A stretch of 35,704 nt of DNA from Tubiluchus corallicola (Eukaryota > Animalia > Priapulida), in assembly GCA_030141605.1 (NCBI GenBank), contig JAQGDQ010001535.1, positions 1 to 35,704 on the forward strand, read 5' to 3'. The translations under genes were made by a program, and so were the position numbers. The notes beneath the pieces are model-generated. The model searched no databases and was not told where the DNA came from. It saw only the letters and a list, made by a program, of their open reading frames with translations. This document shows, in pieces, positions 12,021 to 25,578 of the stretch (the first letter of the stretch is position 1; every line of letters begins with the position of its first letter).

Positions 12021-12872
12021 AACACATACTTATGTATATTGTACGTCAATACGTATTTTGTTACATTTTGCATGTTAACAAGTATTTTTGATACAGTTAA
12101 TAAGCAATTTAATATAGTTAATAGTACAAAGTTACTGGCAACATGTACATTAATGTTAATAGGATTAACAAGCATGCCTATGTTTCATTGCAGTAATGGT
12201 GAATAATTGAGTTTTCTTACACAGGTTGACACTCAGCACAGTACTCAATGGCAGGGCCTACTTAATGTGAAATTGTTGCAGCAACACCGGTACCTAAAGA
12301 TAAATACTCTAAGGTGAGGCAATGAAGTGGCAGAAAAGCTTCAGTCACGTTTGGATGTAAATACAGCTTGGATTTCCGCAGAGAAATAACAGATTCAGAA
12401 CGCGAGTGAAAATGCCAATCACCCACCAAACCACTAGGCAGAATTGGCGTTGCGTAACTTCCATAATGCAAGACCACTCAAGATATCTCGAGATGCCGTA
12501 GACCTACAGTGCGCTCCTTCCGAGATTGAACTGGTTTTGCTGTCACAAGAGGGCGGGAGAGGCAATTTAAAAGTGGAACCACTACAAGTAAGAAGATCAA
12601 CAAACATGGAATGCAGGGCGGCAACGCATAGCTTACAAAACAAGCTTATACAAAGCAATACCATCTAGCCATGCTTACAAAACAAGCTCATATTAGTTTA
12701 CAAACTAGCTACTGTGCTTCGAGGGCAACTGTTTGAGGCTAAAAATACCAGAGTCGAGAAATACAGGAGTCGTTAAAGCGTCCCTGCTGATTGAAAATAG
12801 TGAAAAACATGGTGAAGAAAGAAGCCAGGTCTAGAAAGTGCCTAGGAGTTGCTGAACGAAATGTTTGGTTAA

Positions 12873-13424
12873 AGGAGAACAGGATGATTTTTCACAGCCT
12901 ACCCCACTCTGAAGTACGAGGCAGAAAAAGTAGTCACTTCAAGACAAATGATAATGCCAAACCGCTTCTGATAAATAACTAGTGAGCTAAAAACTTAATT
13001 AACGGTGGGCGAGCTCAGTTAGTGATGACGTCACAACTGAACGAAATTTCTAACATCACAGACATTCCATGAGCATGTTGCAGGAGAACACGAAAGCTAA
13101 AATTAAAGTATAATGTAAAACATTCAATGGGATTTATAAGAAACTAGAAACTTTCTAATTTGTAAATTTAAATTTCAAATATACCGCAGTGCTGTGCTCA
13201 CGCATGTGCTCTCGAACGCGTGCGCTACGTCACAGCTGAACATATCTAAACCTAGAGGTACGGCACCTCTGTTTTATGCAATGCGTTTCCGAAATGCAGC
13301 AGCTAGTCCTCGTCAAACTAGTGAATGGCAAAATGCATGCAAGAGCGAAGAACTTGCCACACGAATGCAAAATTATCATTTTCAGATAATAATTCTTTCA
13401 TGTAAAACATTCTTGAAAACAGAG
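12873..13424 (+). mobile_element. Family A copy with TTAA at its left end
   Basis: ttaa|aggagaacaggatgatttttc start; matches 2232-2675 and 14895-15215. Confidence 0.65.
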
Positions 13425-13426
13425 TA

Positions 13427-13714
13427 CACTAAGTCCTCGCTTAACGACGCTAAGGCATTCCAGCAAAATGCGATGTTAAGTGAAACGTCATTAAACGAAA
13501 GCAAAACTTCTACAGAAAGTAATGTAAAAGAATGGAGATACGTTCCAGAGATAAAAATCAATGCTGCGTAAATCATATAAATTAAACATTTTATGAGTTT
13601 CTTTATGAGTTCTACTGATTAATTTCTTTCTGCTTGCTTAAAAGGTAGGCAAATATTCACCAACGTTAAAATGAAACGTCGCTAAACGTGGAGTCGTTAA
13701 GCGAGGAATTACTG
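13427..13714. mobile_element. Tc1/mariner (pogo/Tigger-like) MITE
   Basis: TA on both sides; TIR cactaagtcctcgcttaacgac / gtcgttaagcgaggaattactg (20/22 match). Confidence 0.75.
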
Positions 13715-13716
13715 TA

Positions 13717-13955
13717 GCACAATTGATACTGTAAAAGCGTTTCTGATAATTAAATAATAGATTAAAAACTTAATTAACGGCGGGGGAACCCGGCTGTTGA
13801 TGGCTTCACAAACGAACTTAATTTTCAGCAGCAAAAATATTTCATGAGTGTGTTGCACGTGTTTGCGAAAGTGAAAATTGAAGCACGGTGCTATTGTAAT
13901 ATATTCAGTGTGCCGTACTAAAACTAGGCAAGTTTTAAGATAAAAATTCAAATTT
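13717..13955 (+). mobile_element. Family A fragment
   Basis: aaagcgtttctgataattaaataatag...gtactaaaactaggcaagttttaagataaaaa matches ~2315-2540. Confidence 0.7.
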
Positions 13956-14437
13956 GCGTTTTTTTGGCAGCGTCACTGTCGACGCAAGCCCTGTATGCAA
14001 GAAAAGCAATATTTCAGTGCTATAAAATTCCATGACGAATTTTGTAAGCTTTATGTAAGTGTAGGGTTTTCTTGTGCTTTAAGACTTCATTCACAAACAA
14101 GACTAATGCGTGTTCCTCATTAGCCATTTCCGGCAATATGGGAGATCGTCTTTGTCATTTTTATTCATTTTAGCTGTATTGCAGCAACTTTTTTGTCGCA
14201 ATGTCAGGTTAAAGTGTGTCAGATAGCTGGCCTGCACTTATTGGACGTACTGTACTGTCTTTCGCTCTGTAATCGGTAATCTACTCATGCTCCATCATTA
14301 AGCCTTTTAACTACATTCTGAGGTGTGATAATTTACTGAATACATTTACATGGCCACTGATTATCAGTGATTAAGCAGCTAAGGCTCGTTGAATTTGCAT
14401 CGTTATTACCTCAGCTTGTCACAGCAGATTTAATGAA

Positions 14438-14637
14438 TGTAAGTAAAGAGTTAAACTAATGCGCTTTCTGGTAACCGCTGTAACCATGGTAGCAGTTTTG
14501 TTGTCACGTAAACACGTATTGGTGTAAGTAAAGAGTTAAACTAATGCGCTTTCTGGGATGTAAACACTGTAACCATGGCAATGGTTTTGTTGTTACGTCA
14601 GCACGTATTGGTGTAAGTAAAGAGTTAAACTAATGCG
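14438..14637. repeat. ~2.3 copies of an ~85-89-bp tandem unit
   Basis: tgtaagtaaagagttaaactaatgcg occurs three times with similar intervening sequence. Confidence 0.9.
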
Positions 14638-14894
14638 AAAAACTGATAGACGATTTTTTAATTATTAGCTGTGTAGTTTAGTGGTTACGGCGACTAGTGA
14701 TTCAAAGGTTTCTGGTTCGAATCTATATTCAGTTCTGCTTTTTACAGTACTGTCTTTTCCTCTGTCAAGTTACCTTAAGTCTTCCCTTAAGTATGCCCTT
14801 GCATCACCTGGAGACTGATTTGCGCAATTTCCAAACTGTTTCTGTTTTTATTATTGTATTGTTATTATCATTGTGTATATGTATATATGTATAT

Positions 14895-15215
14895 TACTAC
14901 TGTAAGACATTCAGTGTGTTGTACAAGGCAAGTTCTGAGATAAAAATGCAAATTTTAAATTTACCGCTGTGCTCATATATGAGCTGTCGAACGTGTGCAG
15001 TTCCTCATCACAAACTAACATATCTGAACTGAGAGGTACAGCACCTGTTTTTTTGTATAACGCGTTACCGAAATGCAGGCGCTGGTGCCAGTCTAACTAG
15101 TGATTGGCGAAATGCATGTAACAGCGAAGAACTAGTGGAGCGAACGACAAATTGTGTTCATGTGGTAACAATTCCTTCACGTAAGTAATTTTTGAAAAAA
15201 AATAGGATATTTCTT
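14895..15215 (+). mobile_element. Family A fragment
   Basis: tactactgtaagacattcag...aactgagaggtacagcacct...gaaatgcaggcgc matches ~2475-2665 and ~13150-13420. Confidence 0.7.
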
Positions 15216-15253
15216 TTCAGGATTTTAAAGAGTAATTTGTTTTGACCTGCAAC

Positions 15254-15633
15254 ATTTAACCTACTATTGTATTGCTATTATCATTATGTATATTTTTGTT
15301 TTGCACAACAGGCAAATAAAAAACCATAGAACAAAAATGAATTGAAATGAATCATGGAGGAGACGGAAAGAGAAATAGGGAACCCACCGCTTCCGTTTTG
15401 CCTCCACGCAGGAAACAATCCTTCCCATTTCACAGCCACTAAATATTTAACCTACAATTGTATTGCTATTATCATTATGTATATTTTTGTGTTGCAAAAC
15501 AGGCAAATAAAAACTATAGAACAAAAATCAATTGAATTGAATCATGGAGGAGACGGAAAGAGAAATAGGGAACCCAACGCTTCCGTTTTGCCTCCACGCA
15601 GGAAACAACCCTTCGCATTTCACAGCCACTAAA
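15254..15633. repeat. Tandem duplication of a ~190-bp unit
   Basis: atttaaccta...catggaggagacggaaagagaaatagggaaccca...cacagccactaaa occurs twice in tandem. Confidence 0.95.
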
Positions 15634-15844
15634 CGGCAGCAGGAATTAATTTAGTCAAATTTAATTGAGTTGTAAACGGTATAAAGTGCAAGTTAACTGG
15701 CTTCGGGGTTTAACTAATTTCAGCTAAATTGCCGCCCGAAGTCACGTGCAAGAAGCCAAGTTTAAGCGGCTTTCAGCCACGAAGGGATCTATACGCGAAG
15801 CCCTGTGTGGAGTTTATTGTTTCTGTTCGTCAAATGGCACACAA

Positions 15845-15877
15845 CGGAAGCGGAAGTGACGTAAACGCGAGCTTCCG
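15845..15877 (+). promoter_or_regulatory. Candidate ETS/ETS-CRE composite element
   Basis: cggaag-cggaagtgacgt plus a reverse cttccg in a small CpG-rich patch; motif match only. Confidence 0.3.
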
Positions 15878-16114
15878 TGATCGCAGGTAGGGTCGCGGAT
15901 TGATTTGAAAGTTGGGGAAGGTTTTAAGGTTTCGATGAAGCTGCAGGGAGAAGCTAATGTGGGCCGAATGAAAGTTTACGCTTATTAAATCATTTGTGGA
16001 TTTTTCTGTGTGTTTGTTTGTGTGTCCGTTTGTTTGTTTATTTATTCGTTCATTCATCAATGTGTAAACATATTTATTTACTTAGCAATTCATTATTCGT
16101 GCAATATTTTGTAC

Positions 16115-16558
16115 TTTCATCCATTCATTCATATATTCCTCCCTTCCTTCCTTCCTTCCTCCCCTCATTTATTCTTTCGTCCATTCATTCATTCATTCAT
16201 TCTTTCTTTCATTCATTAAGTCAGTTATTCATTAATTCATTCAATCATTCATTCATTCATTCATTCAGTCAGTTATGCATTCACCAATTCATTCATTCAT
16301 ATATCCATTCATTCATTCATTCATTCATTCATTCATTCATTCATTCATTCATTCATTCATTCATTCATTCATTCATTCATTCATTCATTCATTCATTCAT
16401 TCATTCATTCATTCATTCATTCATTCATTCATTCATTCATTCATTCATTCATTTATTCATTCATTCAGCCATTCATTCATTCATTCATTCATTCATTTAT
16501 TCATTCATTCATTCATTCATTTATTCATTCATTCATTCATTCATTCATTCATTCATTC
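16115..16558. repeat. (TTCA)n microsatellite
   Basis: Directly visible. Confidence 0.97.
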
Positions 16559-16589
16559 GTCAAACCAGGATCTGTACAATAAAGTCAAA

Positions 16590-16860
16590 GCAGAAGAATG
16601 ACAATTAAAATCAAAAGAATTAGATTAAGATGGACAGGACATGTTATACGATTATCAGGTGACAGTCCATTAAAATTAACCTTCAAAGAAGAAGTTGCAG
16701 AAAGAAAAGAAACCACAAGGAGGGCAGCTGCTGACTTACATCAATTTTATCCAAAAAGATCTCATCAACTCGCCATTAGATATCAAAAATACAGAGACAT
16801 GGGATGTTGTTGATGACAGGGCAGCATGGAGTAAAATGATCAGGAGGTCATGTCGAACGA
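16590..16860 (+). mobile_element. RTE-clade LINE remnant (post-RT C-terminal region, frameshifted)
   Basis: IKRIRLRWTGHVIRLSGDSPLKLTF (16598 frame) continuing by frameshift into KKPQGGQLLTYINFIQKDL...WDVVDDRAAWSKMI; RLRW.GHV.R ... DR..W motifs are characteristic of RTE ORFs. Confidence 0.75.
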
Positions 16861-16989
16861 CATGTGACTCCAGAGATGATTACTTATCAGTCAATTGTTT
16901 ATTCATTTGTTATTTCATTTATACGTTCACTCCTTCCAGTCATCTTTTTGTCAAGCAAACCATATCTTGGTTACTTCTTTATACTTCTC

Positions 16990-17061
16990 TACTTTCTTCT
17001 CTCTCTCTCTCTCACTCTCTCTCTCTCCTCCTCTACTCTCCTCCCTCTCTCTTTCTCTCGC

Positions 17062-17096
<35 letters not shown>

Positions 17097-17416
17097 TTCT
17101 CTCTATATATATATATATAGTTCTCTCCCTCTCTCCCTGTCTGTCACTCCTTTTTACTTCTTTTCTCCGCCTGTCCCATTTTCCTCCCTTTCTCTGTTGT
17201 TTCTGTCTCTTTTCTTTTTTGTTTTTCTCCTCACCCTTTTACTCCTTTTCTCTTTCTCTCTCACTATCTGTCTGTCTTTATTTCTTTTTGTTTGCCTCTC
17301 TTCTGTTTCTCTTTGTAATGTTTTCCTCCCTCTCTCTCTTTCTCTCTCCTTCTCTTTCTCTGTCTCCCTCCCCTGCTATCTCTCTCTCTTTCTCCCTCCC
17401 CCCTCTCTCTCTTTCT

Positions 17417-17455
<39 letters not shown>

Positions 17456-17482
17456 CTCTCTCTCTCCTCTCTTTCTCTTTCT
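16990..17482. repeat. CT-rich low-complexity microsatellite
   Basis: Directly visible. Confidence 0.93.
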
Positions 17483-17835
17483 ATCCTAATCGCATTAATC
17501 TTTCTGCTGTTGCCACTAACGCCTTCAGTAACATTAACATGACAACCACCGTCGGCGCCACAACCGTTTCTCACCAAATCACCTTACATCGTCTCTTCAA
17601 TTAAATCCTCTTGTTTACTCTCCCCATTTTTCGCTTTCTCGTTCTCCTTTCCCCCAAAACCAAACAGAGATGCCGAATTGATCAATGAAAGCCGAAAGCG
17701 TCAGCATCTCTGGCCGGGAAGCCACTGCTCTCAAGCATCCCAGGCAGGGAAGCCACTACTCTCATGGTTTACACAACCATCACTACCGGACAAACTGCTC
17801 CGGCTAATTCCAGCACACAATTCTCCCAAGAAAGC

Positions 17836-18426
17836 CAGTGGCGGATTTAGGGGGTTGGACCAAAGGGCCTGGGGTCTCCCTTGCACAGTAACTGTTACAA
17901 CACACAAAATTAACATTTTCTCTGAATTATAAGCATTAGAACAATTTGCTAAATCCTAAAGGTGCCTTATATCTGTAAAAATCATATATCACAAAAAACA
18001 GATGAAAGTTAGGTATGTACATCATGTATAGTGTATATCATAATATTGGTATGTAATTTTGAGTCAAAGGTGAGGTGACACCTGTTCTAAACTAGTGAGC
18101 TTCCTTGAGGAAGTGGCTTCTAGAAGGCAGAAAAGTGGTCTGAAATGCAGTAAAATGTATTGTTGTTCGGGTGGACCTCGCAGGGGAGCTTACATTGTTC
18201 CCAGGACCCCCTAACTGAGTCAAAGGTGAAGTGACACGTTTTATACACCAGTGAGGAAGTGGCTTCCTTGAGGAAATGGCTTCTAGAAGGCAGAAAAGTG
18301 GTCTAAAACGTAGAAAAAAGTATTGTTGTCGGGGTGAACCTCGCAGGGGAGCTTACACAGCCCGCAGACAATCGAATTGCTTTTCTATTGGGCCCACCGT
18401 TGTCCTAAAACCTGTATCCGCCCTTG
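17836..18426. mobile_element. Non-autonomous DNA transposon with CAG-type TIR and 5-bp TSD (hAT5-like)
   Basis: Ends cagtggcggatttagg / cctgtatccgcccttg; aaagc immediately outside both ends (17831-17835, 18427-18431); internal ~150-bp direct repeat (~18060-18195 vs ~18216-18357). Confidence 0.6.
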
Positions 18427-19179
18427 AAAGCGTCCGTAAAAAACCTGCCTATGACAGTTGGCGCGTGAACAGTTTCCGAACCGTCTTGACAGCAGCGTAT
18501 TGACAGAATTTTTTACGCGCTTGAAATTCAGTGCGCCTGAAAATCTCCGTCAATACACCATTGTCAACACAGCAGTGGTTATAACGTTTGCAGATCAATC
18601 AGCGTTCCAGGGGCTGTCAATCTCGAACGACTTCATCGTAATCAGTGTGACGTTTACCAGCGAATCAAAATGATTAGTTAATCAATCAAACCCATGGCAG
18701 TACTTGTCCTATATATTGTACTACAGGGCTGTGGTGGAATGAAATGTAATACTGGCAGGGGAATACAGTAGACTTCTCAGGTGTGCGTGTGAACGTGGCT
18801 TTATCTGGCACGTAGACTCGTGTTCTGACCTTGTGTTAGCAATATCCCGTGCATACCTGAGCTTATAAAAAGGGAAGGTCTGCTAGACCCTTGACAGTGG
18901 TCGTGTCTTTCATTACAACCCTGTTCACATTTCACAGGCTTTGACGCAAACTCCGTTCTTCTAGGTAAGCTGTTTGTTCCTTATTGGGGGTGTAATATGT
19001 AGTAATAAAACTGTCATTTCGACTCTATTGTTCGGGTTTTTTGGGTTTGGTGTTGAAGGACTTAATTGGGACATGCCGCACGGTGTGGGCCGCGGTGCCA
19101 TCCGTCCTGCCTCCGTTAAAAGCGAACAGCAGTCCAATATTATAGCGAAACTTGCTTGATTTTCTGCAGGCAAAGTTAA

Positions 19180-19654
19180 AGGACAAGAAAAGGGACACCT
19201 GAAGTAGGTTTCAGAAAAATCGCCTTAAAAATCATATTACTTAAAGCAATTTTATGCGTATATCTTACTCGCACTGAAAGGAATTTTAGTTTGTTTCCAT
19301 TTTAAATCTCCCGCAATACTGTTCCGAAACGCCATTACATGAAGTCATGTACCAAACGTAAATCAAGGGAAGAAAGGGCAATGTTAAATTATGTCTCAAA
19401 AGACTTTCTGTGCAAATCTATATTACTTAGATTTTCGCTTACTTGCTAAAAAGACTTATGTAACTAGAAAGAAAAATTAATAATTATTTAAATGTATTCA
19501 CCAATTGGTAAAATGTCGCGGGAGATTTTAAATGAAAACAAACTAAAATTCCTTTCAGTGCGAGTAAGATATACACATAAAATTGCTATAAAGTAATATA
19601 ATTCTTTAAGGCGATTTTTCTGGAACCTACATCAGGTACCTCTTTTCTTGTCCT
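19180..19654. mobile_element. Kolobok-like MITE with ~135-bp inverted arms
   Basis: ttaa|aggacaagaaaagg...aaatctcccgc (19180-19314) is the reverse complement of gcgggagatttt...cttttcttgtcct (19518-19654); left TTAA intact, right flank reads ttct; interior shared with 23879-24182. Confidence 0.75.
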
Positions 19655-20020
19655 TTCTCTATTTTCATTTCCTCTGTCACTGGAAAGCACGATTTTTTAA
19701 TTGCATGAAAAAACATTTTAAAATTTTGAATTCATAGTAGTGTGGTAATTTCCCGTGAGATATTGTGCACGTTATGCTTGAATTGCGTGTGGATTTGTCG
19801 AAAGCAGCAAAATTAAATTATCGTCTTATTTGAGAATCGATTAGGTATGCCTGGATGAAGCCTGGGATTACGCATTGATCCGGCGGTAAGAAAACTACAA
19901 GCTCAAGGATTTCAGCCACCTGCGAGTGAAGCTGCCGGAAATCATTTAAACACGTTTCATTGTGACGTCATAATCGTTTAAACACGTTTCATTGTGACGT
20001 CATAATCGTTTAAACACGTT

Positions 20021-20742
20021 AGTTTAGTTTGAAGATAATTTATTATAGGATTGGATCAGACAGTTTGAACAACATGATTTAGGATCCTCACCACAACAGA
20101 CTTTATACACTATTTACAAAAACATTTACAGTAAGAAATAACTATAACTACCCAAGATGACAAGTTTTACTACAAGAATACATTAGACATTAGTAACATT
20201 TACAGTAAGAATAGACTATAGCTACACAAGCTGACAAGTTTTACTACATGATTAGATTAGATATTAGTAACATTTACGGTAAGAATAGACTATAACTACA
20301 CAAGCTGACAAGTTTTACTACAAGATTACATTAGACATTAGTAGTTAATGACGGTTAGAAAATATTAATGTACGAATATTTAAGACTGATGCACTTCATA
20401 TCAGATAGAAACTACTGGAAGCGTTTAGTACGTAATATAAAGTCATGTATGCATTGGAATATTTTACAGTTAGCAACATAGTTAAATTCATCTTTTCCGA
20501 ATAATAACAACTTCAACAGATCATTAGTTCCTAAGGCAGCTATATTAAGGTTTTCAGGCAGAAGTATTTCATTTAATTTATACAACGTAACAGCCCTAAA
20601 TGGGCAGTGCAACAAAAACTGTTCAACAGACTCAAATCGAAATCCACAGTTACAATTCGGCAATATTGGATGACCGTTATTATCTTTACAGTCTTTAGAG
20701 AAAAGGTCATAGTTTTAGCCGAGAAAATCCGATTCAAATGCC
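20021..20742 (-). mobile_element. 5'-truncated CR1/L2-group non-LTR retrotransposon (ORF2 C-terminus + 3' UTR) with 14-bp TSD
   Basis: Minus strand encodes IGFSRL/NYDLF...CNCGFRFESVEQFLLHCP...LLFG...NCKIFQCIHDFILRTKRFQ*, a typical invertebrate LINE ORF2 end; 3' UTR with ~70-bp internal tandem repeats, AATAAA and a short repeat tail; TSD cgtttaaacacgtt at 20007-20020 and 20743-20756. Confidence 0.85.
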
Positions 20743-20784
20743 CGTTTAAACACGTTTCATTGCGACGTCATAATTTCTTGGCAA

Positions 20785-23362
<2,578 letters not shown>

Positions 23363-23789
23363 ATTAATTTCTCTTATAAAATAAAAGAGTAAGATGAGAG
23401 AAATGGCTTAAATAGTTGGTACAGAAAATACGAAACCCATATTCACCGCAGCTTCACTAGCAATTGCACAATTGTAAATGTGGTCTAGTACAGGAGCTGT
23501 AAAATTTATGGACATGGGCACCAGACGTGCCGTTGCAGTTGCGAAAACGGCTCGCTCGCATGTTCAATTCAATTTATTTGCCTTTAGGGCCCGAGATTTA
23601 TGGGTTCACCATCTTTTATAACTTGTTTTTCCTGAAGCAAATTCAAGCAGTGCATCACGATATAATGACGCTTGTTCCCACAGTAAAAGTATAGGTGAGC
23701 GCGGGCGAGCCCAACTATTCATGACATCACAAACGAACATAATTTGCAATAGCAGAAATATTCCACGAGCGTGTTGCACGTGTTACGTA

Positions 23790-23811
23790 ATATATATATA
23801 TATATATATAC

Positions 23812-23879
<68 letters not shown>
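23790..23879. repeat. (TA)n microsatellite between a family A fragment (23700-23786) and family B
   Basis: Directly visible. Confidence 0.95.
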
Positions 23880-23881
<2 letters not shown>

Positions 23882-24470
23882 GCCTTAAAAATTATATTAC
23901 TTTACAGCAATTTTATGCGTATATCGTATTCGCCTTGAAAGGAATTTTAGTTTTCTCACATTTTAAATCTCCCACAATACTGTTCCGAAGTCGCCATTAC
24001 ATGACGTCATGTACCAAACGTAAATCAAGGGAAGAAAAGGCAATGTTAAATTATATCTCTAAAGAGTTTCCGTGCAATCTATATTACTTAGATTTTCGCT
24101 TACCTGCTAGAAAGACTTATGTAACTAGAAAAGAAAATTATTAATTATTTAAAAATGTTTTCACCAGTTGGTAAAATGTCGCTGACTCACCCTCCAGGGT
24201 GCACCACTCACTAACCAAAAAACGTATTTTTAATCTTATTGCCAAGACACAGTAATTTTAAATTTTAGTTAGTTAGTGACTTGTCGGCTACGAATGACTC
24301 TGATTATTTTTTCAAACTTTACACAATGTTATCTAAACTTGTTTCAAATGACCTGTCATAAAAATGGCTGCGGTCATCACGGGAGTTTAAATTTACATGT
24401 TTTATACAGCGTAACTGTCGATTGAAGTCCTGTATGCAAAAAGGCAGTATGTAAGCGATATAAAATAACA
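23879..24470 (+). mobile_element. Longer copy of the 19180 family (family B)
   Basis: tcgccttaaaaattatattac...ggtaaaatgtcgc matches 19220-19520 and continues into sequence whose reverse complement occurs at 24790, 29635 and 34480. Strand is relative to the 19180 copy. Confidence 0.7.
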
Positions 24471-24789
24471 TAGTTAATTGACACATCAATGGTCAATAAT
24501 GTGCGCACTCTTCACGTAGTATCTTTGCGGTGGCGCCAGTCTTGCGCCAGTCTCTACCAAAAGGTCAACAAATGAACATCTCTTCAAGTTGATGTTAACA
24601 ACTAAAGTAGATTTTGATGAAAGGTCAATCATTCGCCTAGTCTTTCGCTTACACGTTAATTATCTCCCCAGAATCGTAAAGGTCAATTCACACCTGAAGT
24701 GGAAGACAGATACGACACTAAGAAATTTCAAAGATTTACTGCGTAACGGTAGAAGCTCCCTCTTTTAAAGCCCTTTACTCGCGCAAAAA

Positions 24790-25175
24790 CTGGAAATATT
24801 CGTCTTGAAATTTTGTATCACTTACATACTGCCTTACTGTACACAGAGCTTGCCCTAGCAGCAACGCTGTAACATGAAAATTTAAACTTTCGGTATGACC
24901 GTTAAGCACAGCCACTTTAATTGTAAAAAAATCAAACAAGTTTAGATAACGTTGCGCAAAGTTTGAAAAAATGACCAGAGCATTCGTAGCGCACACGTCA
25001 CAAACTAAGCTAAAGTTTAAATTACATTGTCCTGCTAATAAAATTAAAAATACGTTTTTTGGTGAGTCAGTGGTGCACACTGGGAAGGTCATTTTTCGCA
25101 GTTGGCGCGAAAATTTTAAATTACAAAGAATTCCCTTTTCTTTTTGTATAAGTTTTTCAAGAAGGTAAGAATAAT
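24790..25175 (-). mobile_element. Family B fragment, inverted
   Basis: aacaagtttagataac...ggtgagtcagtggtgcacactgggaagg is the reverse complement of ~24180-24460. Confidence 0.65.
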
Positions 25176-25257
25176 GCAGTGTAATTGAACTTTGCGTTGA
25201 GAATTTTTCCGGGATGTGCTTTAAAACTGCCTTCCTTTCCCTTTTAAATTTATTATA

Positions 25258-25578
25258 GGCTACGGCCAAATCACGTTGAAAACACCGGTTCTTGTCTGAT
25301 CACCGAAGTTAAGCAACGTCGAGCCAGGTTAGTACTTGGATGGGTGACCGCCTAAATGGGTTGTTCTCGACCGCCTAGGAATACCATGTGCTGTAAGCTT
25401 GCGGGATGCCCACACTGTATCTCGACACTAGGCGGAGGAACTGCACAAGCAGCCAACGGCTAGAGGGCGGAGGAGGTCAATTGATCCAACGGCCATGTGT
25501 AGAGGAGTAAACCTTCCAAATCAGGAGTGGATCCCCGAAGGCGGACCCAGTTCAGCATGCTCACTGACTCCGGCAGCT
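25258..25578 (+). mobile_element. Second, 3'-truncated copy of the 5S-derived SINE
   Basis: Complete 5S 5' end (ggctacggccaaatcacg) to gctt at 25400 with a 23-bp internal insertion, then the same body as 6999-7175 up to cggcagct, where similarity stops abruptly. Confidence 0.85.

Noticed and set aside
8937-12206. 1002-aa, 1065-aa and 383-aa ORFs as protein-coding genes
   Set aside because: Products of a 21-bp unit that is stop-free in 3 of 6 frames; no convincing start, splice context or domain. Kept only as a low-probability finding.
12434-12664. LFCKLC as another zinc-finger exon of the host gene
   Set aside because: Lacks the x12-H-x5-H pattern and matching minus-strand splice sites.
14438-14637. 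CRISPR-like array (26-bp repeat x3)
   Set aside because: The intervening segments are similar to each other, the context is eukaryotic and there are no cas genes; it is a tandem duplication.
18858-18913. Minus-strand mini-ORF MKDTTTVKGLADLPFYKL ending at CAG|gtatgc as an alternative first exon
   Set aside because: Ends in phase 2, incompatible with the phase-0 exon at 7689; no other support.
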